A stretch of DNA of 64,000 nt from positions 34,777 through 98,776 of the forward strand of contig DKCG01000032.1 of the NCBI GenBank assembly GCA_002449145.1. The letters are read 5' to 3'. Position 1 is the first letter of the stretch. Each line of letters starts with the position of its first letter. A model generated the notes under the pieces. It made no database searches. It was not told the origin of the DNA and worked only from the letters and a program-made list of their open reading frames with translations. A program made the translations under genes and the position numbers. This DNA comes from Christensenella sp. UBA6880 (GTDB lineage Bacteria > Bacillota > Clostridia > Christensenellales > CAG-917). Below, piece by piece: positions 9,943 to 19,357 of the stretch.

Positions 9943-10100
9943 AACACGATTTGTGTTTCAAATCGATACAAAACGTATTGGAAAACGCTTAAATCCGCAA
10001 ATATCGGCGATATAGCGATTGTGAAAATATGGAATAAAACACGAAAAGTGTTGTGAGTGTGTAAATTATATAATAAATTGCGCAAAACACGAATCGTGTA
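9943..10100. promoter_or_regulatory. three AACAC-N5-GTGTT dyads around a TATAAT box upstream of uvrC
   Basis: Dyads at 9943-9957 (AACACGATTTGTGTT), 10038-10052 (AACACGAAAAGTGTT) and 10086-10100 (AACACGAATCGTGTA). TATAAT lies at 10069-10074. Confidence 0.4.
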
Positions 10101-10122
10101 AAGTGATAAAACAGAGGCAAAA

Positions 10123-12021
10123 ATGGTTGATTTCAAGGCTAAAATAAAAGACGTACCCGACAATCCGGGCGTTTATATGATGCTCGACGAGCAAGGCGAG
10201 ATTATTTACGTCGGCAAGGCGAAAAATCTCAAAAACAGGCTTCGCTCGTACTTTTTCAATCTGTCCAACCGCACGGCAAAGGTTATGGCGATGCTCGAAC
10301 ACGTCGCCGATTTTCGTTACATCATTTGCGCGAGCGAGGTCGACGCGCTTCTGACCGAAAACAACCTCATCAAAAAGCATACGCCGAGATACAACATACT
10401 TTTAAAAGACGACAAGGCGTATCCGTTTTTGCGTATCGATATGCGCGAGCCGTATCCGACGATAGAACTCGTTCGAAAACTCAAAAACGACGGCGCAAAG
10501 TATTTCGGTCCATATATGCAATCCGTCAATATCCGCGACATATTCGACCTCATTCACACGGCGTTTCCCGTTCGCGAGTGCAAGAGAGATATGTCAAAAC
10601 CCTCGCGCCCGTGCCTCAATATGCATTTGGGGCGTTGTCTTGCCCCTTGCACGCACAAGGTCAGCGAGCAAGAGTACAAGGCGGAAATGCAAAAGGTCAT
10701 TGACTTTTTGAGAGGCAACGACAAGGAAGTCGAGCGTACGCTCACCGAAAAGATGATGAAGTTTGCAAAGGAAGAAAACTTCGAGGTTGCGCTGAACTAT
10801 CGCAACAAACTCGCGCTTTTGGACAAACTCGTGCGCAAGCAGGTCAGCGCGCTTCCGAAAGACTTCAATCTCGACATATTCGCGTTTGAAACGAACGGCA
10901 TAATCTCGGCAATCAATATGCTCGTCGTGCGTGCGGGAAAACTCGTGGGCGGCAAAAACGTAATCGTGGATTCTTGCGACGACGACATCGCAAGTTACCT
11001 TTTGCAGTATTATCAAAACAACGCGCCGCTTTGCGACGAAATCGTCACCGACAACGTCGAAGACCAAGAATCGCTCGAAAAGGCGGTCAATTCGCTTTGC
11101 TCGCACACCGTAAGAGTGGTGGAACCGAAGCAAGGCGCGAGAAAACAACTTCTCGAACTTGCGCACTCGAACGCATACGACGCTATGACAAAGCACGGCA
11201 CGCAAGAGGAAAGAAAAGTGCTTCGCACGCAAGGTGCGGTGAAGCAACTAGGCGAACTGCTCAATCTCAAAACCTTGCCCAACCGTATGGAATGTTACGA
11301 CATCTCGCACATATCCGGCACGGACAAAGTGGCGAGTATGGTGGTTTTCGAGGGCGGCGAACCCAAAAAATCGCACTATCGCAAGTTCAAAATCAAGACG
11401 GTTGCGGGCAACAACGACTTTGCGTGTATGAAAGAGGTGCTTATACGCAGACTCAACGAAATCGCAACCAGCGAGGACGAAAGTTTCTCGTCAATCCCCG
11501 ACCTTTTGGTCATTGACGGCGGCAAAGGACAACTTGCCTACGCAATGGAAGCGCAAAGGGAAACGGGCAGAGAGGACATCGAAATTTTGTCGCTTGCAAA
11601 GCGTGAAGAAGAAGTGTTTTTGGGTAGCGCGCCGACAACTTCTATCGTATTGCCAAAAGACAGCGTCGCGCTTCAACTTCTGCAGCGAATCCGTGACGAA
11701 GCGCACCGCTTTGCAATCACTTTCCACCGTAATTTGCGAAGCAAACACTTGAGCGAAAGCGCGTTGAAATCAATTCAAGGCGTGGGCAAAATTTTGTGTG
11801 CAAGGCTTATAAAAGAGTTCGGTTCGGTTGAGGAAATCCGCCTCAAAACGCCCGAAGAAATCGCAAAAGTAGACGGCGTTTCCTATCCTCTTGCGGAAAG
11901 GATAATCGAGGCACTCAACAAAGCCGAAGATAAAAACGAAGGCGCAAACGAAGATGTAAAGGAAGGCAATAAGGAAGATTCACAACTTGTTTCCGAAGTC
12001 AAATCGGAAGAAAATTTGTAA
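10123..12021 (+). CDS. uvrC: excinuclease ABC subunit C
   Basis: 632 aa with GIY-YIG start (PGVYMMLDEQGEIIYVGKAKNLKNRLRSYF), a UVR domain, the endonuclease V region and a C-terminal HhH. Confidence 0.95.
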   Translation: MVDFKAKIKDVPDNPGVYMMLDEQGEIIYVGKAKNLKNRLRSYFFNLSNRTAKVMAMLEHVADFRYIICASEVDALLTENNLIKKHTPRYNILLKDDKAYPFLRIDMREPYPTIELVRKLKNDGAKYFGPYMQSVNIRDIFDLIHTAFPVRECKRDMSKPSRPCLNMHLGRCLAPCTHKVSEQEYKAEMQKVIDFLRGNDKEVERTLTEKMMKFAKEENFEVALNYRNKLALLDKLVRKQVSALPKDFNLDIFAFETNGIISAINMLVVRAGKLVGGKNVIVDSCDDDIASYLLQYYQNNAPLCDEIVTDNVEDQESLEKAVNSLCSHTVRVVEPKQGARKQLLELAHSNAYDAMTKHGTQEERKVLRTQGAVKQLGELLNLKTLPNRMECYDISHISGTDKVASMVVFEGGEPKKSHYRKFKIKTVAGNNDFACMKEVLIRRLNEIATSEDESFSSIPDLLVIDGGKGQLAYAMEAQRETGREDIEILSLAKREEEVFLGSAPTTSIVLPKDSVALQLLQRIRDEAHRFAITFHRNLRSKHLSESALKSIQGVGKILCARLIKEFGSVEEIRLKTPEEIAKVDGVSYPLAERIIEALNKAEDKNEGANEDVKEGNKEDSQLVSEVKSEENL

Positions 12022-12162
12022 GATGAAAATAGGGCGATTAGTGAAAAAATTGCTCGAAAAACACGTCAAAAAACTGTAGAAAAACGTATGTTTTTTGCAA
12101 TAAAATTTTGATAAAAGGCGATGAAAATCGTCTTTTTTCGTGCCGTTTTCATATAGTGAATC

Positions 12163-13062
12163 GTGGATATAAAAGAGTATATAAAAAGCCAAATCGGCGT
12201 ATACGGCGCGTGGAAAAGCGCAAAGGAAATCTCGACGTTCAAAGGGGGCGGACAAGCGTTCGTTTTCTATCCGCAAAGCGTGGAAAAAGCGGTTGAATTA
12301 ATAGGCGTTTTGAGGGAAGAAAACGTCACTTTTTCTATGCTCGGAAGCGGCTCGAACACGCTCGTTTGCGACGGAAATTGCAGACAAGTTTTGGTGTGTT
12401 TGAAAGGACTTTGCGGCGTGAAAATCGAGGGTGAAAAAGTCGTTTGCGAGGGCGGCGCAAGCGTTGCCAAAATCACGTTCGAGGGGCGAAAAAGAGGACT
12501 CGGCGGTCTTGAATTTTTGAGCGGCGTGCCTTGCACTTTGGGCGGCGCGCTGAAAATGAACGCGGGCGCGTTTTCGTCGCAAATCGGCGATTACGCAACA
12601 AAAATCGACATATTAAACCTTGATTGCGCAAATTGCGACAAAAATCGCACGCAAAACCGCATACGAGAAGTAAGCGTAAATTCAAAAGACCTTGCGTATA
12701 GAAAAGGGGTGGACGGAATCGTGCTTAAAGCCGAGTTGAAACTTGCAAAAAAGAGCGGTGAGCAGTCCGTAAACGAGGCAAGAGAGTATTTGAGAAAAAG
12801 GCAAGAGAAACAGCCGAGTTTGCCCTCGCTCGGAAGCGTGTTCAAAAACGGCAAAATTCCGAGCGGAAAACTCATTGACGATTGCGGCTTGAAAGGCGTG
12901 AAAATCGGCGGCGCGCAAGTGTCGCAAAAGCACGCGAATTTTATCGTCAACGTGGGCGGCGCAAGCGCGAAAGATTATCTTACCCTCGCTTCGCTTTGCA
13001 AAAAAGAAGTCTTTGAAAAGTTCGGCATACTTCTCGAAGAAGAATTTGTCACAATCGAATGA
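12163..13062 (+). CDS. murB: UDP-N-acetylenolpyruvoylglucosamine reductase
   Basis: 299 aa from a GTG start. FAD-binding region GGGQAFVFYP...MLGSGSNTLV and C-terminal SLGSVFKN motif. Confidence 0.9.
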   Translation: MDIKEYIKSQIGVYGAWKSAKEISTFKGGGQAFVFYPQSVEKAVELIGVLREENVTFSMLGSGSNTLVCDGNCRQVLVCLKGLCGVKIEGEKVVCEGGASVAKITFEGRKRGLGGLEFLSGVPCTLGGALKMNAGAFSSQIGDYATKIDILNLDCANCDKNRTQNRIREVSVNSKDLAYRKGVDGIVLKAELKLAKKSGEQSVNEAREYLRKRQEKQPSLPSLGSVFKNGKIPSGKLIDDCGLKGVKIGGAQVSQKHANFIVNVGGASAKDYLTLASLCKKEVFEKFGILLEEEFVTIE

Positions 13063-13168
13063 CAATGGAAACGCTTTTTGTAGAATCGCAAATAAAATCA
13101 CATTTTTTTATTTGAAAAAACCAAATTGCAAAAGCAATAAAATATGTCAAATTTGTGGCGAAATTATA

Positions 13169-13197
13169 TTGATTAATAAAGTTATCTAATGTATAAT
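13169..13197 (+). promoter_or_regulatory. sigma-70-type promoter candidate
   Basis: TTGATT - 17 nt - TATAAT upstream of the PHP-domain gene. It lies upstream of the ORF-track start at 13196 but supports a transcript that begins before ATG 13256. Confidence 0.45.
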
Positions 13198-13255
13198 GCT
13201 ATTAAGTTTGCGCATATGCGCTATGTGTATGTATGCGTATGCGCACGAGGAAACT

Positions 13256-14020
13256 ATGAAAATTTACGGCGACTATCACACCCACACATATGCAAGCGAC
13301 GGACGGGCGACGCTCAAACAACAAGCGACGGCTGCCTCTTTGCTCGGCATATGCGAAATCGCCGTGACCGACCATAGTTTTGCAAGCACGATTTTTCATA
13401 TGACGAGGCGCAAGTTCAAAAAGCAAAAAAAGGAAGCGCAATCGCTTGATTTGCCCGTGAAAGTGCTGTGCGGAATAGAGGCGAATCTCGTCAATCCGCA
13501 AGGTGACATAGACGTGCCGAGCGACGTCATAAGAGAGTGCGACGTGCTTGCGGTAGGCTTTCATCGCTACATCGGTTTTAAGGGCGAAAAGCGCGGCGGA
13601 TATGCGAGGGCGTGGCTCTTTCAAAACGGATTTTGCGGACTTAAAAAGAGAGAAGAACTCGTCGAAATCAACACGGCGGCGTATATCGAGGCAATGCGTA
13701 AATTTCCGATAGACTGCATTGCTCACCTCAATCACCGCGCGCTCGTGGACGTCAAAAAAGTGTGCGAGGAAGCAAAAAAACAAGGCGTTTATATCGAACT
13801 TAACGAAAAACATCTCTACGCGCTCGAAGGGTCGGTTGCCGCGCTTAAAGAAAGCGGCGTAAACTTCATCGTCGGCACGGACGCTCACGATACGAAAAAA
13901 CTCGGAAAAATGAACAAAATCGTATCTTTCGTCGAAAAATACGATTTGCCGCGAGAAAGAGTGTTCGGTATAGACGGAAGGAAACCGACGTTTAAGGACA
14001 AAACGATGTTTTGCGAATAA
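13256..14020 (+). CDS. PHP-domain metal-dependent phosphoesterase
   Basis: MKIYGDYHTHTYASDG start typical of PHP/histidinol-phosphatase-like proteins. GAGGAA RBS lies before ATG 13256. The ORF-track start (13196) adds 20 non-homologous residues. Confidence 0.75.
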   Translation: MKIYGDYHTHTYASDGRATLKQQATAASLLGICEIAVTDHSFASTIFHMTRRKFKKQKKEAQSLDLPVKVLCGIEANLVNPQGDIDVPSDVIRECDVLAVGFHRYIGFKGEKRGGYARAWLFQNGFCGLKKREELVEINTAAYIEAMRKFPIDCIAHLNHRALVDVKKVCEEAKKQGVYIELNEKHLYALEGSVAALKESGVNFIVGTDAHDTKKLGKMNKIVSFVEKYDLPRERVFGIDGRKPTFKDKTMFCE

Positions 14021-14100
14021 AACGGAAAACATCGTAAAAAGCGGTTTTCAAAGCGAAAATCGCAAGGGAAAATAAAGGATAACGGCGAAAAGGAATAGAT

Positions 14101-15054
14101 ATGCAAAAAAGTTTCAAGGACAGCGCAAGAGAAGAATTGCTTGGCGTATTGCCTAAAAAACGCGAAGAAATCGTGGCGTTTTTGAGTGCGCTCGCAAAGT
14201 CGTGCGGAAGCATAGAGATTGCAAAAAAGAGATACAATCTCTGCTTTTGGCTTGCCGACTACGACGAGGGTTTGAAGGTTGTGGAATTGCTCAAAACGTT
14301 GTATCCCGCAGATTTCGAGTTGTCGCTCGACAAGACCAAAACGGGTGCGGAAGCGTGTTCGGTGCAAGTGCCGAGCGGTTTTTCAAAGCAGGCTATCGAG
14401 GATTTCGGACTTATGAAAATCAACGTCGACGAGTATCTTGCCTTCGTCGAGGGCATACCGCAAGACGTGGTGACGACGATTGCGACGAAAGTTGCGTATT
14501 TCAAAGGACTTTTCCTCGGTTGCGGAAGCGTGTACGTTCCCTCTACGTCCGACCAAAGCGAAAAAAGAGACGGCTATCACTTCGAACTTCAACTCGACGA
14601 CGACTTGTTTGCCGACGACGTTATGGAACTTTTGAGCGACCTTCGCATAAACACGCGTATGAGCGACAGAGGGGAACACAAACTCGTGTACGTCAAGGAC
14701 AAAGACGAAATCGTCAAAGTGCTTGCAACTCTCGACCTTGCCGACTGCGTGCTGAAACTCAGGTCGATAATCGACGAAAGGGAAACGGCAAACAGCCTCA
14801 ACCGCGTGATAATCTGCGAAACGGCAAATCTCGACAAGACGTTTACGGCGGCAAGCAAACACTTGCTTGCGATAGGCGAGTTGAGAAACAAGGATATGTT
14901 CGACTCGCTTCCCGCGCAACTCAAAGAAACGGCGGACGCAAGGGCGGATCACCCCGAAGCGTCTTTGAGCGAACTTGCAGAGATTTTGGGCGTGAGCAAG
15001 AGTTGTTTGAACCACAGGCTGAGGAAAATAGTCGAAATGGCTAACCTCAATTAA
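14101..15054 (+). CDS. whiA: DNA-binding protein WhiA
   Basis: 317 aa with a degenerate LAGLIDADG region (YFKGLFLGCGSVYVP...YHFELQ) and C-terminal HTH (LSELAEILGVSKSCLNHRLRKI). Confidence 0.9.
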   Translation: MQKSFKDSAREELLGVLPKKREEIVAFLSALAKSCGSIEIAKKRYNLCFWLADYDEGLKVVELLKTLYPADFELSLDKTKTGAEACSVQVPSGFSKQAIEDFGLMKINVDEYLAFVEGIPQDVVTTIATKVAYFKGLFLGCGSVYVPSTSDQSEKRDGYHFELQLDDDLFADDVMELLSDLRINTRMSDRGEHKLVYVKDKDEIVKVLATLDLADCVLKLRSIIDERETANSLNRVIICETANLDKTFTAASKHLLAIGELRNKDMFDSLPAQLKETADARADHPEASLSELAEILGVSKSCLNHRLRKIVEMANLN

Positions 15055-15413
15055 TAATTGAGTTGCGCCGAATGCAAAACACTTGTCACCCATCTTTTCA
15101 AGATGGCTTGACAAATATTTTGGCGCAAACGTCCTGTCACAAACAAATCAGAGCATTTGTTTGTGACGTAAGGGGTTGCAACTTTGAGACGGCTCGGCAG
15201 TTGCAACGGTGAAAGTGGATGCTCACAACGATTCTTCGTCGTTCCATAAAATACGGCTCCGCCTGTCTACGAGCAACGTTTGGGCGGCTACGAAGCCGAA
15301 TGATTAAAAAGCAATCAAGCAGACGTCTTGAGAAACAAGATAGAAAAGATAACCGAGTGCAAAACACTCACACAACAGACAGAATACACAAAAATATATC
15401 ACATAAGGTAAAT

Positions 15414-18400
15414 ATGACGGATTTTGTACATCTACATTTGCATACGGAATACAGTTTGTTGGACGGCGCGGTGCGCCTTTTGCAAGTTGCGCCCGATCCG
15501 AACGATCCGAAAAAAACTATAAAAACTCACCCTCTTTGCGACGCGCTTAAAGCAAGAGGTATGAACGCCGTCGCAATCACCGATCACGGCAATATGTACG
15601 GCGTTCATACGTTCGTGTCCGTGCTTCGTCAAGACGGGATCAAGCCCATTATCGGCGAGGAATTTTACGTTGCCGACGATATGTATGCAAAGACGGCGGA
15701 CGTGCTTAAACAGCGTTATCACCTCATTTTGCTCGCCAAAAATATGACGGGTTACAAAAACCTTATGAAACTTTCCTCGCTCGCGTTCGTGGACGGATTC
15801 TATATGAAACCGCGTATCGACCTTAAGCATATAAGAGAGCATAGCGAGGGACTTATTTGCCTTTCGGCTTGTCTTGCGGGCAAAGTGCCGCACCTTCTTT
15901 TGCAAGGCAAGTACGAAGAAGCAAAGGCGGCGGCAATCGAAATGCGAGACATTTTCGAGCCGGGTGATTTTTATATCGAACTTCAAGACCATCATTTGCA
16001 AGAGGACAAAATCGTGCTCAATCTGCTTTGCCAAATCGCAAGAGAGATAGGCGTAAAAGTGGTTGCCACAAACGACGTGCATTACATCGAAAAGGAAGAA
16101 GCGGACATACAGGACACGATGATGTGCATAACTCTCGGTTGCAAAAAGAGCGAGATTAACGGCGCGAGATTCGAGACGGACGAGTTCTATCTCAAATCGG
16201 GCGACGAAATGGCGGAACTGTTCGGTTGGTGTCCCGAAGCCATTGCGACGACGAGAGAAATCGCCGACAAAGTGGACGGCGACTATTTTATAACGAAACA
16301 CGCCTCTATCATTCCTAAATACACCAACGAGGAAATGGGCGACCGCGACGAGGCGCAATATCTTCGCGACCTTGCCTACGAGGGCGTAAAGAGAAAATAC
16401 GGCTACATAAACGACGAAATCACGAAGCGTTTGGAATACGAACTGGGCGTTATCCACAAGTGCGGATTCGACGGTTACTTCCTTATCGTGTGGGACTACG
16501 TTCACGCGGCGCAACAAATGGGAATCCCCGTAGGACCGGGGCGCGGAAGCGGCTGCGGCTCTATCGTTGCGTACGGCATCGGCATAACCGACATCGACCC
16601 CCTCAAATATCAACTTCTTTTTGAAAGATTTTTGAGCGAGGAACGCGTTTCGATGCCCGACTTCGACGTGGACTTCTGCTTCGTCAGACGACAAGAAATC
16701 ATAGATTATTGCATCAAAAAGTACGGTAAAGACAACGTTTCGCAGATTATCGCTTATTCGACTATGACGGCAAAGGCTGTCGTAAAGGACGTCGCGCGCG
16801 TTTTGGACGTGCCGTACAACGAGGCGGCGAACTGGGTTAAGGAAATCCCCGCTATGGGCAAACCGCTACTTCCGCAAGTGCTTACCGAGGGCAGCGATTT
16901 TTACAGCGAGGACTTCAAAAAGATATACGACAACAACCCGACGGCAAAGAACGTCATCGACATTGCGATGAAACTCGAAGGTATGCCGCGCCAGACTTCG
17001 ATGCACGCCGCGGGCGTGGTTATATGCGCAGACCCTATTGTCGAGCACTGCGCGCTTTCGAGAAACGGTCCTATCGTCACGACGCAATTCGACAAGGTTA
17101 TCGTCGAGGAACTCGGACTTCTCAAAATGGACTTTTTGGGACTTAAAACGCTCACCGACATCGACGAGGCGTTGAAACTCATCAAGGCGGACAAGGGAAT
17201 AGACCTCGACTTCCACAAACTCGGTTACGAGGACCACAAGGTGTACGAACTGATTGCTTCGGGCGATTGCGAGGCGGTGTTCCAACTTGAAAGCGGCGGT
17301 ATGAAAAAGTTTATGGCGCAACTTCAACCGGACAACCTCGAAGACGTCGTGGCAGGCATTTCGATGTATCGTCCCGGTCCTATGCAGTTTATCGACTTGT
17401 TCTTGGAAGGCAAACGCCACCCCGACCAAGTGCAGTACGCGCACCCGCTTCTCAAAGAAATTTTGGAAAACACCTACGGGTGCATAGTGTATCAAGAGCA
17501 AGTTATGCAAATCGCGCAGAAGATTGCGGGATTCAGTTTCGGCGGCGCGGACATTATGCGACGCGCTATCGCAAAGAAGAAACTCGCCGTTCTCGAACAG
17601 CAACGCGACATATTCTTGCACGGCGGCAAACTCGAAGGCGACAAGACGGGTAAATACGTTCCCGGTGCGGTTGCAAACGGCGTAAGCGAGGAAATAGCAA
17701 ACCACCTTTTCGACCAGATATTGAAGTTTGCAAGTTACGCGTTCAACAAGTCGCACGCGGCGGCGTACACGTTCCTTACTTATCAAACCGCATATCTCAA
17801 ATGCTATTATCCCACGCACTTTATCGTGGCTGTGGTGAACAACCGTATCACCAACGCCGACGAAGTGAAGCACTATATGAACTATCTGAGAAGAACGGGC
17901 GTCAAGACCCTTTCGCCGGATATTAACCGCTCGCAAAAGAACTTCTCGATAGAGGGCGAAAACGTGCGTTACGGTCTTATGGGCATAAAGAACGTGGGCG
18001 AGCAGGCTATGGAATACGTTTTGAGCGAGAGAGCGCAAAACGGCCCGTTCAAAGACATTCGCGACTTCCTCGACCGTTGCGCGGGACAAGTGAACAAGCG
18101 TATGATAGAAAGCCTTATCAAGGGCGGCGCGCTCGACAGTTTCGGAAAGACCAGAGCAACGCTTATGGCTTCCTACGAGCGCATTATGGACACCGTCCTT
18201 GCCGACAAGAAAAACAAACTTTCGGGTCAGATGTCCTTGTTTGACGAACTCATCGAGGACGAGGAAATCAAGTATACAGAAACCGAAGAATACCCGAAAT
18301 CCGACATTCTCAAATACGAAAAAGAGGTGCTGGGAATGTACCTTTCGGGACACCCCCTCGACGACTATCGCGACGACAAGCACGAGTTCGACTTCGACAC

Positions 18401-18992
18401 GAGTATGCTGTTCGTCGAAGAAGCCGACGAGGACGGCAACGTCAATATGGTGGTTGACAAAAACCTTGAAAACAAGCAAGTCAAATTTGGTTGTATCGTG
18501 TCGTCGGCGGAAAAGAAAGTCACGTCAAAACAGCAAAAATTCGCCGTCGGCAGAGTTGAGGACAGGTCGGGTTCGATTGCGTTTTCGATGTATCCGCGCG
18601 CATACGAAAAGTACGGCGAGTTGCTTCTTGCCGACGCACCGCTTAAAGTGGTGGGCAAAATCGATTTGCGCGACGAGAGCGAACCCAAAATATCCATCGA
18701 AAAACTCGAACTTTGGAAAAACTCGGACGCGGAAGTCAAGCACGCAGAGCCTACGGCAAAAAAGAGCAACGGCATATTGTACGTGTTGGTGTTCAACAAC
18801 GTTGAAAAGGATATGGTTGCTGACGTTTTGGCAATGCACCCCGGCAACACGCCTTGTCAAGCGCAAGTCAAGCAAAACGGCGTGTCCAAACTTATGGAAT
18901 TTTCGCAACGAGTGGAAATCTGTCCCGATTTGCTCTCTCGCCTCGAAGACGTACTGGGGGTAAACAGAGTGAAGTACGTTGAACGAAAATGA
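15414..18992 (+). CDS. dnaE: DNA polymerase III alpha subunit
   Basis: 1192 aa from ATG 15414, with AAGG upstream. PHP start MTDFVHLHLHTEYSLLDG, then polymerase core and OB-fold region. The ORF-track start at 15219 lies in a hairpin-rich leader. Confidence 0.95.
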   Translation: MTDFVHLHLHTEYSLLDGAVRLLQVAPDPNDPKKTIKTHPLCDALKARGMNAVAITDHGNMYGVHTFVSVLRQDGIKPIIGEEFYVADDMYAKTADVLKQRYHLILLAKNMTGYKNLMKLSSLAFVDGFYMKPRIDLKHIREHSEGLICLSACLAGKVPHLLLQGKYEEAKAAAIEMRDIFEPGDFYIELQDHHLQEDKIVLNLLCQIAREIGVKVVATNDVHYIEKEEADIQDTMMCITLGCKKSEINGARFETDEFYLKSGDEMAELFGWCPEAIATTREIADKVDGDYFITKHASIIPKYTNEEMGDRDEAQYLRDLAYEGVKRKYGYINDEITKRLEYELGVIHKCGFDGYFLIVWDYVHAAQQMGIPVGPGRGSGCGSIVAYGIGITDIDPLKYQLLFERFLSEERVSMPDFDVDFCFVRRQEIIDYCIKKYGKDNVSQIIAYSTMTAKAVVKDVARVLDVPYNEAANWVKEIPAMGKPLLPQVLTEGSDFYSEDFKKIYDNNPTAKNVIDIAMKLEGMPRQTSMHAAGVVICADPIVEHCALSRNGPIVTTQFDKVIVEELGLLKMDFLGLKTLTDIDEALKLIKADKGIDLDFHKLGYEDHKVYELIASGDCEAVFQLESGGMKKFMAQLQPDNLEDVVAGISMYRPGPMQFIDLFLEGKRHPDQVQYAHPLLKEILENTYGCIVYQEQVMQIAQKIAGFSFGGADIMRRAIAKKKLAVLEQQRDIFLHGGKLEGDKTGKYVPGAVANGVSEEIANHLFDQILKFASYAFNKSHAAAYTFLTYQTAYLKCYYPTHFIVAVVNNRITNADEVKHYMNYLRRTGVKTLSPDINRSQKNFSIEGENVRYGLMGIKNVGEQAMEYVLSERAQNGPFKDIRDFLDRCAGQVNKRMIESLIKGGALDSFGKTRATLMASYERIMDTVLADKKNKLSGQMSLFDELIEDEEIKYTETEEYPKSDILKYEKEVLGMYLSGHPLDDYRDDKHEFDFDTSMLFVEEADEDGNVNMVVDKNLENKQVKFGCIVSSAEKKVTSKQQKFAVGRVEDRSGSIAFSMYPRAYEKYGELLLADAPLKVVGKIDLRDESEPKISIEKLELWKNSDAEVKHAEPTAKKSNGILYVLVFNNVEKDMVADVLAMHPGNTPCQAQVKQNGVSKLMEFSQRVEICPDLLSRLEDVLGVNRVKYVERK

Positions 18993-19005
18993 ATTTTCGT
19001 TCAAC
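18978..19005 (+). other. perfect 12-bp hairpin enclosing the dnaE stop codon
   Basis: GTTGAACGAAAA-TGAA-TTTTCGTTCAAC. The TGA stop (18990-18992) sits in the tetraloop. No U-tract follows. Confidence 0.6.
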
Positions 19006-19009
19006 GTAA

Positions 19010-19097
19010 TGAAATTGCACCTACGGTGCAGTGAAATTGTGCCTTCGGCACAATGAAATTTGCGCTTTGCGCAAATGAAATTGCGGCTCTGCCGCAG
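19010..19097 (+). repeat. four exactly 22-bp-phased units: TGAAATT plus variable 5-bp-stem mini-hairpin
   Basis: TGAAATT at 19010, 19032, 19054 and 19076. Each is followed by GCACC-TAC-GGTGC, GTGCC-TTC-GGCAC, TGCGC-TTT-GCGCA and GCGGC-TCT-GCCGC respectively. Confidence 0.8.
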
Positions 19098-19101
19098 TTG
19101 C

Positions 19102-19268
19102 GGAATATTGAAATATTTTTCCATTTGTCATTGCGAGGAGCAACGAAGTTGCGACGTGGCAATCCAGCGTAGCGAAATGCGGCTTCGCCTTGATTCCCAC
19201 GCTAACGCTCGGAATGACATATGGAAGATTCAAATATTCGTAACCCAAACGGAGTTTGGATATTATCG
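19102..19268 (+). repeat. long-hairpin intergenic repeat, copy 1 (flip)
   Basis: Arms TGTCATTGCGAG...CTCGGAATGACA with outer GGAATATTGAAATAT.../...ATTCAAATATTCG pairing. About 85-90% identical by eye to 21883-22048, except that the central 29 nt is inverted. Confidence 0.8.
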
Positions 19269-19357
19269 ACACAAGCGAAATCATTTATTCGAGGGTGGGC
19301 GTTGCCAACACCCGAAATAAAACCAAATAAATATTTTTATTGCAAAGAGGTAATCTT

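Noticed and set aside
9943-10122. Firmicute-type LexA (Cheo) box CGAAC-N4-GTTCG upstream of uvrC
   Set aside because: No match seen by eye. The only dyads present are the AACAC-N5-GTGTT sites reported as a finding.
15219-15413. ORF-track start of the dnaE frame, 65 codons upstream of ATG 15414
   Set aside because: The extra residues (MLTTILRRSIKYGSACLRATFGRLRSR...) are an Arg-rich translation of the hairpin-rich leader. PHP-domain similarity and an AAGG ribosome-binding site begin at 15414.
16866-18479. 537-aa antisense ORF inside dnaE, and similar long shadow ORFs (494-1408, 13202-14032, 20408-21388, 21981-23357, 34676-35911, 37230-38447, 52396-53808)
   Set aside because: Each lies entirely antisense or out of frame within a gene that has clear family motifs. 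The products are R/V/F/H-rich low complexity without motifs or RBS. These are typical shadow ORFs of a codon-biased genome.
19060-19320. 86-aa ORF across repeat copy 1 (likewise 21873-22070 and 21682-21999 across copy 2)
   Set aside because: It is a translation of a palindromic repeat (HCEEQRSCDVAIQ...ARNDIW) that recurs in another intergenic site. Repeat-derived ORFs of this kind are a familiar annotation artefact.
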